Origin: Callorhinchus milii
Lineage: Eukaryota
Direction: 5' to 3'
Assembly (NCBI RefSeq): GCF_018977255.1
Contig: NW_024704748.1
Span: forward strand, 25,792,001-25,856,000
Length of the DNA stretch: 64,000 bases
Each line of letters opens with the position of its first letter. Positions within the stretch are counted from its first letter, which is position 1. Made by a program: the position numbers and the translations under genes. The notes under the pieces were generated by a model that was not told the origin of the DNA, ran no database searches, and saw nothing but the letters and a program-made list of their open reading frames with translations. Shown piece after piece: positions 56,567 to 64,000 of the stretch.

Positions 56567-57600
56567 TTTGTATAACACATTGCTCCAAACTGCATATAAC
56601 TCCCAACTATGACAGTTAGTTGTAATGCTGCTTACATTTGATAAAACACCCTGTCAGGTCGCTGAGTTTCGGATCTCCACTGTAAAGTGGAGTGATTGTA
56701 CATTTAGCAGGCAAATGGGGCAAGGGTGGTTGCAAGTCAGATCAACCGGGCAAGGCTAGTTTCAGGCCCTTTTGCAATCTTGAAGTTACCCAAGTTCTGT
56801 GGATCCCTACGGTCTGCTTTCTTTAATTAAACAAGAGCCCCCATTCTCCTAGGCTGACAAAACAGATTGCTTGCTTCATAACTTGACGGGTATTTACATG
56901 TGAGAGTTCTATGATATGTTTATCGCGCTTGTCTCCTGCCCCGTAAGTCATTTAAGATACCTTAAATATGGTTTCCCACTTGTTCCGAGAACAATGCCCG
57001 CTGCCATCATGAACTGTGATGGATTTCAAACCTCTCGTGCTAATTTGCAGAGCCTGCACACACTGTTGTTTTTGGATACCTTGTCTGTGTCTCCATGAAT
57101 CACCAGGGAACACATTGCAGTGGTGTAGTAGTGGCTGCCTGTTAGCTTTGGCCCTGAGCCAGCGTCTCTATTATTCCGCGTGAAGCGCAGCGTGGTCTGG
57201 CTCTGTGTGCTCGCACGATCCTGTAAAGTTTCCATCTCCATCTCAAGGTGACATTTGATTCAACGAGGAGCAAATCCCACTTTTGTTCGAGCTGTTGCAT
57301 CGTGTTAACCATTGAAACGAAGGTTGGGAGCAACGTTTTAGACGCTATTTTCTGTTTTTATTCTTTCTCCTCTCTGTTATTCCAATTCAGTATTTCAACA
57401 GCAACAACAAGTTACGTTTATTCAGCACCTTTCACGTTCGAAGGACGTCCCAAGGCGCTCTTCACAAGATCACGAGAGAAGTTTGGATGAAGAAGTCCCT
57501 TTGGCTCATTTGACCTCCTCACTCCACTGTCCTCTCATTGCAGGATCAAGATGTTTCTTAAAAGAGAACAGAATCCAGGGCTCAGCCACCCTTCCTGGGT

Positions 57601-57841
57601 AATTCCAGGCAGAGGGCGAAACCTTGGGCAAGTTTCCTTACTCCACACAGAGCCTAATAATAGTCCCTCCAAAACCAAAACCAATAATAAATTGGTCATT
57701 TTCAATCTACGACTGTTTGTGGGACATTGCTGTGCGCAATTGGCTGCCGCGTTCGCCTGCAAATACACAGTCACTCCAATTCACAGTGAATCCTGTGAAG
57801 CGCTTTGGGACAACCTCCCGACGTGAGGTAACAAATGCAAA
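57601..57841 (+). mobile_element. 5'-truncated tRNA-SINE, subfamily B
   Basis: Reverse complement of the 53356-53676 type. Confidence 0.88.
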
Positions 57842-60800
57842 GCACAGGCACATCGATTCATTATTGGTGCTTTGCCTAATGAAAACGAAACCAAGTGTCA
57901 AATTATTTGCCGGCTCAATGTCAACCAAGATGATTTTTTTTTAAATTTAGAATTTCCTGAAGTGTGGAACAGGAATTACCCCGATTGACTTCCGGCTCGC
58001 AGATCATAGCTCTCGCACGATGTTCAGCGGAATCGTGGCTTTATATTATAGCCCAAAAACCAGAGTCCTAGCCAGGAATCTGAATCGTTCATCTCATAGC
58101 TGTTTGTGGGGTCGTGTGTTAATCGCTGTCGAGTTTCCCTATTAAAGCAATCTCTCTACGCTTGATGGTAATCACTCACAGAGCACTTTGAGATGTTTGC
58201 TTCAGCCTCCACTGCATTCTAGAGTGTCCCACACTGTCCTCCCAGGTCTCTGCAACCTAATTCGACTCTGTATTCTCTCTCTTTCTCTCTCTTTTTCTCT
58301 CTGTGGCTCAACAGTGAGGCCCAATGAATGGGAATCAGCCACAGCTAATATGATCATGTTTCACACTCAGCAGGTTTGAAATCAAAACTGAGGAGCTTAT
58401 GTCTAGTTGCTTGGTAACAAAGCATGCTGCCAGATTGCAATCGCCAAAGGTCTATGCGGAGTGATGCTTTGAGCAGGTCAAAGCCGCTTCGAAAATGCCA
58501 GATCCAACATGAAGTGTCTCACGACAGTGCTCAGAAATGCGGGAATCACAGTGTGTTCTGTGAAGCGCTTTGGGACGTCCTCCCGACGTGAAAAGCGCTA
58601 TATCAAATGCAAGGATTATTATTATGATTATTATTATAAAACACAAGCCCTGCACGTAACTGCATGGCTCAACACCTTGTCAGATTGGCAAGATTCGAGA
58701 CTTGGCGGACCCCAGAACGTACACTGCTGGAGTTTAAACAGAGATGCAGTTGCTACTTGGACAGTTCTTTGGGATTTCTAAATGAAGTCATAGAACCATA
58801 GACATAGAAACAGGAGAAGGCCATTCAGCCCCTTGAGCTTGTTCCACCATTCTATAAGATCGTAGCTAATCAGTCAGCACGTATGCTTGTCACTAAAGAG
58901 GGACTTATAAGAGATCCTCAGATTTGCAAACTAACAATAACCTGCACGTACAGATGAGCAGCTACACACTAGGGTATAAATTGTATCTGTGATTATCTGA
59001 AGAATAATCAGTATGGCCATGATACAGGATGAGAATGAACAGCAAACCTAATTCCTTAACTGTCTGTGATTGTGGCTTTTAGAAATTCTCACTGATATAA
59101 TTTGCTCATTTAAAATGTCACAATAAAGGCTGAAAAAAGCATTGTCCGCAGACAATAAGAATCACAATGCCGGAGTGAGGTTGTCGCCTCACTGTTTGGA
59201 ACTTTCTTGACGATTCCAAACTCATTCATGCATGAGGTACTATCGTAATGAAATGCCTCTCATCGGAAGATTTTTTTTGATCGCCTAACGCGTAAAGCCA
59301 TTGTCTGTGTTAACATTAGACTGAACCATTCATTCCAATTACTGGTCTCCAACTGGGATATCAGGCACGACTTGGTGTTGCAATTGACGTTAGTTGCAAT
59401 TGAAATTGACATCCCTGACAGAAATAACCAGTGATTGGTATTCAGCTACTCCTACTGCAAAGAGGATTCAGATAATGAGTAAGAAACTGAATGGGTTTTG
59501 GCTACGATTCCCCCTTGACGCAAACTTATTCCCTCGACTCTCAGCAATGGTGGACACTCTGCAGCTTGCTGCACGTTACAAAAGGCCGTGTTACAAAATA
59601 ATCTGATAATTAATCCTGGCATTTGAGGTTAATCGAGCCTTTCGCGCTGGGAGGATGCCACCATTGCGCTTCACAGGATTTACCGTGAAATGTAGTGAGT
59701 GTATTTTGTGGGTGAGTGTAGCCGTGCCTTCAGCCACTACACCCCGAAGCTCTGGAACTCTTTCCCTCGATCTGCCCCCCCCACCCCCCACCCCCAACCC
59801 ACCTCCTCACCTTCAATTCCCACCTAAAGATCTTCCTTTTTGATCGTGTTTACGGTCACCTCCCACCTTCTCTCGCCCCCTGGCTCAGGGTCAGATTCCG
59901 CCACTGTCAAGCTCTCAGGGACACTAACACACGTGAAGGGCGCTGTGTGAATGCTATAAAGTTCTTGTTGAATGTTGCTACCATTTATTAAATAGATTGC
60001 TAGTAACTATGTTACTGCCGTTACTTTAAGTCTCAAAAACCTCCAAATACTGAAGGCTTCTATCGTTGAAAGTTAAACCTCCCCCAAAGATTCTTTTCCT
60101 CAGCCTCCAGAGAGCTGTCATAGTCCAATTACTGTATATCTTTCACCAAAGTCTTAAATAAGTCGTGTAAACTGCTCCAACTCTCCTGGGCTCCTTAATC
60201 TCCTTTTTTGCGCAGTTGGTGCTCGAGATTTTGGCAGAATCTATCGGAATAAAGCAACAGATTTGTATCTGTGCTGTTTTAAATTTGTTTTTTCATGTCA
60301 TTGTGTGCAGAGCTAATATGTGCGGAATCAGCCAAGTGGATACTATGACGGACATTCCAGTTGTTTTCACACATAGACGAACCGACTAAGCCATGATGCT
60401 CCCGTTTTGCAGGCACGAGGAAAAGTAGCCTTTTTCAAGCAGGAAATAAACCTATTTTCTGAATCCTTGCTTTCGATAACAATACTTGCGTTTGATACAA
60501 CGCCTTTTCACGTCTTCGAGTCATCTCAAAGCGCTTCACGGAAAATAAAGTGCGTTCAAAGCGCTTCAAATGTAATGACTGTGTATTTGTAGGTGAACGT
60601 GGCAGACAATCTGTGCACAGTGATGTCCCCCAAACAGCCATGGAGTCATACCTCGATGAGTGCCACCTCCTTTAGTAAGGAAGAGAGATCTTGGAGGGAG
60701 GGAAGAAGGGGGAAAAGGAGGTGGGGGAACTAACTAGTCCATGTGAATGTAATGGGATTTATGCCACAGGCTGTATATGCAAGATAGGTCAACTACCGTA

Positions 60801-60919
60801 AGCTTTTTTGTTCTAAGTCACTATTTTAACCATTAAGTCTTTGCCCAAACATTGCAGTTGCCTTTCTTTCTCACACTTCTGTTTGCCCTTCCTGTTGTTC
60901 ATTTGATAGATTGTTGGCA

Positions 60920-61058
60920 GGTCCGGGTATTAAGGGATATGGGGAGAAAGCGGGAAATTGGAATTGAAAGGATTAGTTGAGGTACAGATCAGCCACGATC
61001 TATTTAATGGCGGAACAGGCTCGAAGGGCTGAACGGCCTCCTTCTGTTCCTATGTTCT
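60920..61058 (+). mobile_element. CR1/HE1-type 3' tail (further copies at 49005-49112, 55568-55628, 61335-61385 and 58790-58870 on the minus strand)
   Basis: gatcagccacgatctatttaatggcggaacaggctcgaagggctgaacggcctccttctgttcctatgttct. Confidence 0.7.
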
Positions 61059-61776
61059 CAACTAAGGCAGAAGTCAGTTGTCTGGAGGAATGCCACATCA
61101 ACAATTGAAATAGCATTGTGGTGAACTGCTTACTATTCCCATGAAATTTGTTGTAACTTTAAACTGCTCTCAATATACCTCACCCACCAAATTAGAAACC
61201 ACTTGACCATATATTTCTTACTCTTCATTGCTGAGCGGTAAAAGGAATAATTTTGCAAGTGTACGTGGGGGTGGGTGTGTGTGTGTGTGTTGGGGATGCT
61301 AAGTTTTTGAATTAATTGGTCTTATTAACAGCTCAGACACGATGGGCCGAATGGCCTTCTTCTGTGCAAGATATTTCTATGATTCTCAGAGCAGGCATAG
61401 ATTTAATGGTTAGAAACCTGGGGGGTAAAGGAGTACATCTGTACCGAATTATTAGCAGCTCAAACAAAACTGAAACATGCAGTCTACATATTTGATAATG
61501 CAATGGAGACACTTTCCATACACAGTGTATTCATTGCACATTCAGCAGTAATGGCACAGCAATGTTAAATGACTTGCTCTATCCCATTGAGCCAAATGCC
61601 CTGAAAATGATAGGAGACCCAAGCATTGTAACGTAGCAAAGTTACAGCAAAACACTTGGCAAAAAAACTGTGAAGGTTTGCACTGATGCACACAAAGCAT
61701 TGCGAAAAACATGGCTGTCTGTCTCTAGCTATTTCCCCCTTGAATTCTTTAAACACACTGAAGAAGAATTAATGTT

Positions 61777-62086
61777 AATGATAATTCTTACAGTTGACAT
61801 AGCGCCTTATCACGTCTTCGAAACATCTCAAAACGCTTCACAGAATATACTGTAATGTGAATTGACAAACAGTCGTGGATTGAGTGACCAAATTTTTTTT
61901 TTGGAAAGGATTATTACCCCCGGAAAAGTGACCCGCCAATCAACTAACAACTGGGTGCCTACTTGCTGTTAGGTAAACAGAGACATGTGGCGTAAGGAAA
62001 CTTGCCCAATGTTTCGCCCTACCCAGGAATCGAACCCAGGTCCTCTCGCTTGCGAGGCGAGTGCTCTAATCACTGAGCTACAGGAC
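61777..62086 (-). mobile_element. tRNA-SINE, subfamily A, with an internal deletion
   Basis: Reverse complement head gtcctgtagctcagtgattagagcactcgcctcgcaagcgagaggacctgggttcgattcc. Confidence 0.88.
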
Positions 62087-62526
62087 AAAACATTTCCTGC
62101 ATTTCCTTCAGTAGCTCAGTTGGTAAAAACTCTGGCAGAGTTTGCTAGAGGTCAATTGCGATCACACAGAACCTCACCACAGCACAGATCGACACTTATG
62201 GAAGTGACTTATGGACGCTCACATGGAGGAAACACCAGTGCAGATCTGATAATCTGAAGGGCTGGTTTCCACGTTCTAACATAGCATGATTCTGAGGAAG
62301 AGAATGCATTCAGAGGTAAGTTTAAGCAGCTAAGACCAGAGCTTCTCAAATCCGAAGTGGGCTAACACAGTGCTGAGAAAGATGACTCAACGGGAAAAAA
62401 AATGTTTGACTTCATCTGAACCAAAGTTGCTGCGGAGTCCTCAAGGCAGCCTTCCTGGGGAGGAATCCTCCTCCTAGCCTCCGTAGCCCCAATCTCGCCT
62501 CTCGATCCAGAGAATATCTACTATAA

Positions 62527-62703
62527 ATTGGTCACTCAATCCACGACTGTTTGTGGGACGCTGCTGTGCGCAATTGGCTGCTGCGTTTCGCCCACAAAAT
62601 ATACAGTCAATTCATTTTACAGTGTATCCTGCGAAGTGCTTCGAGACGTCTTGGAGACGTGATAAGGCACTGTATCAAATGCAAGGATTATTATTATTAT
62701 TAC
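62527..62703 (+). mobile_element. SINE 3' half
   Basis: Consensus body and tail. Confidence 0.88.
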
Positions 62704-63944
62704 AAGATAATACGCAGTGTCCACTTGGTCTCGGTGGCACTCCAAAACACCCAAACTAGTGAAAAGTTGCAATGAATTAAGCGCAATTTCCATTATTCGG
62801 ATGTTTCCAAATGTTATTGCAACTGTGAAATGGATGTCCCTGAGTGTCTTGACTGCGTCTCTATGTATTTGTCCATTTTGCACAGTCGTGGCTGAACAAG
62901 AACTGCAGCACAGCATGTTTCTAATAGGTTTCTAATAGGGAAGTCTCCTCTCTCTTTCTGCTGCCTGTAACTCCTATGTGAAATAAGTATTAACCATGTT
63001 CCCTCTAGGGTTTAATGCGCAATTTGCAGTTCCCACTAAATCACCAGCAAATTACAGAGGCAACACTTCACCACCTTCAGACTATTTGGACAAGGTTTCA
63101 GGGTTTGACTTTGACTGAGGATCTGTGCTATGTTCTGCACTTTTAAATGCAGTGACTTTTTGTTCTTGCTGTATCACATCTAATAGAAAACTGCACCAGG
63201 TCAGAAGTCAAGCTGCCAAGCTATGTATTCCAATAGGACGTCCAGAAGAGATGGAATTTTCTCATGGCGTTGAGATCGCAACCTGTGTCGAAGCAAGAAA
63301 ATAGGGTGTTTGTTTACTGTGGAGGAAACGGGTGTGATTCAGATCTTCTTTGGTCATGGAGAACTGTTTCGACAGAAAATGGAGCCGGCATGTGTGGCGT
63401 ACTCTTACATGGGAGTTCTCACTTGCAGTTTCGTATTTAATAAGGCTGGCGAGAGAGACAGCACAGCACATTTGTTGCGTGGTTCTGTGCTTTATTCCAC
63501 TGAGAAAATCTAACAAAGTAAACGAAAGATCTAGTCCCTGTGCGTTTTGTAAGTAACCTTGGACTCTTATATGAATTGATAAAGTAACCATATTTCAGAT
63601 CCATATTTGTAAAACAATTCTATGTTCAAGTTGACTCGACTTGGTTGGACTCAGAGAAGTCAAAATGCCTTTTGTTGGAGTTGAGTCTCTATCACGCCAC
63701 AGTAAGATATCACGTTTACTTGAAATTTGGAGTTCGCAAACAGACAAATTATGTCTTTGGTATCCTTTTTCCCAGATCAATTTCACCACGTGCATTAGGT
63801 CAGTAAGCTAGAAATCTTAGTTGCCTATAGTCTTTCTTAACTATTCGTTACCTCTGATGTGATCATTTCCCTTCATGAGATGAGATGTAACCTTTGAGGT
63901 AAATTTAGTTGCTCTTCCCAGGACTTGACCAAACAAAAGTTTCA

Positions 63945-64000
63945 CATAATAATAATAATAATCATAATACTAATAATCCTTGCATTTGATATAGCGCCTC
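63945..64000 (-). mobile_element. SINE tail running off the window
   Basis: (AAT)n ccttgcatttgatatagcgcc. Confidence 0.8.

Noticed and set aside
59442-59490. Minus-strand acceptor followed by T AGG AGT AGC TGA (RSS*), a possible GRK5 terminal mini-exon expected from synteny
   Set aside because: Too short to support; no other GRK5 exon is recognisable in the window
63262-63795. Minus-strand ORFs and splice-like sites near the window end
   Set aside because: No recognisable protein similarity

Overview
Vertebrate genomic DNA, almost certainly from a cartilaginous fish (the tRNA/Deu-domain SINEs with L2 tails and the CR1 fragments resemble chimaera or elephant shark repeats). It holds two complete multi-exon genes on the + strand, in the same order and orientation as human 10q26. 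TIAL1 (TIAR) has 12 coding exons at 3207-21632 and gives 373 aa, or 390 aa with the conserved 17-aa alternative acceptor. RGS10 has 5 coding exons at 34553-52575 and gives 182 aa. All splice sites are GT-AG and the exon phases close. The rest is SINE, L2 and CR1 debris, microsatellites and an assembly gap (1925-2060). Most notable in TIAL1: (i) a ~233-bp inverted repeat in intron 1, ~96% complementary in its core and unrelated to the SINEs; (ii) candidate stop-carrying (poison) exons in introns 2, 5 and 11, several with weak donors followed by U-rich tracts, the known signature of TIA1/TIAR autoregulation; (iii) introns almost free of repeats next to the SINE-saturated RGS10 introns. No rRNA, true tRNA, CRISPR or prokaryotic features are present. 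Most ORF-track entries are spurious.
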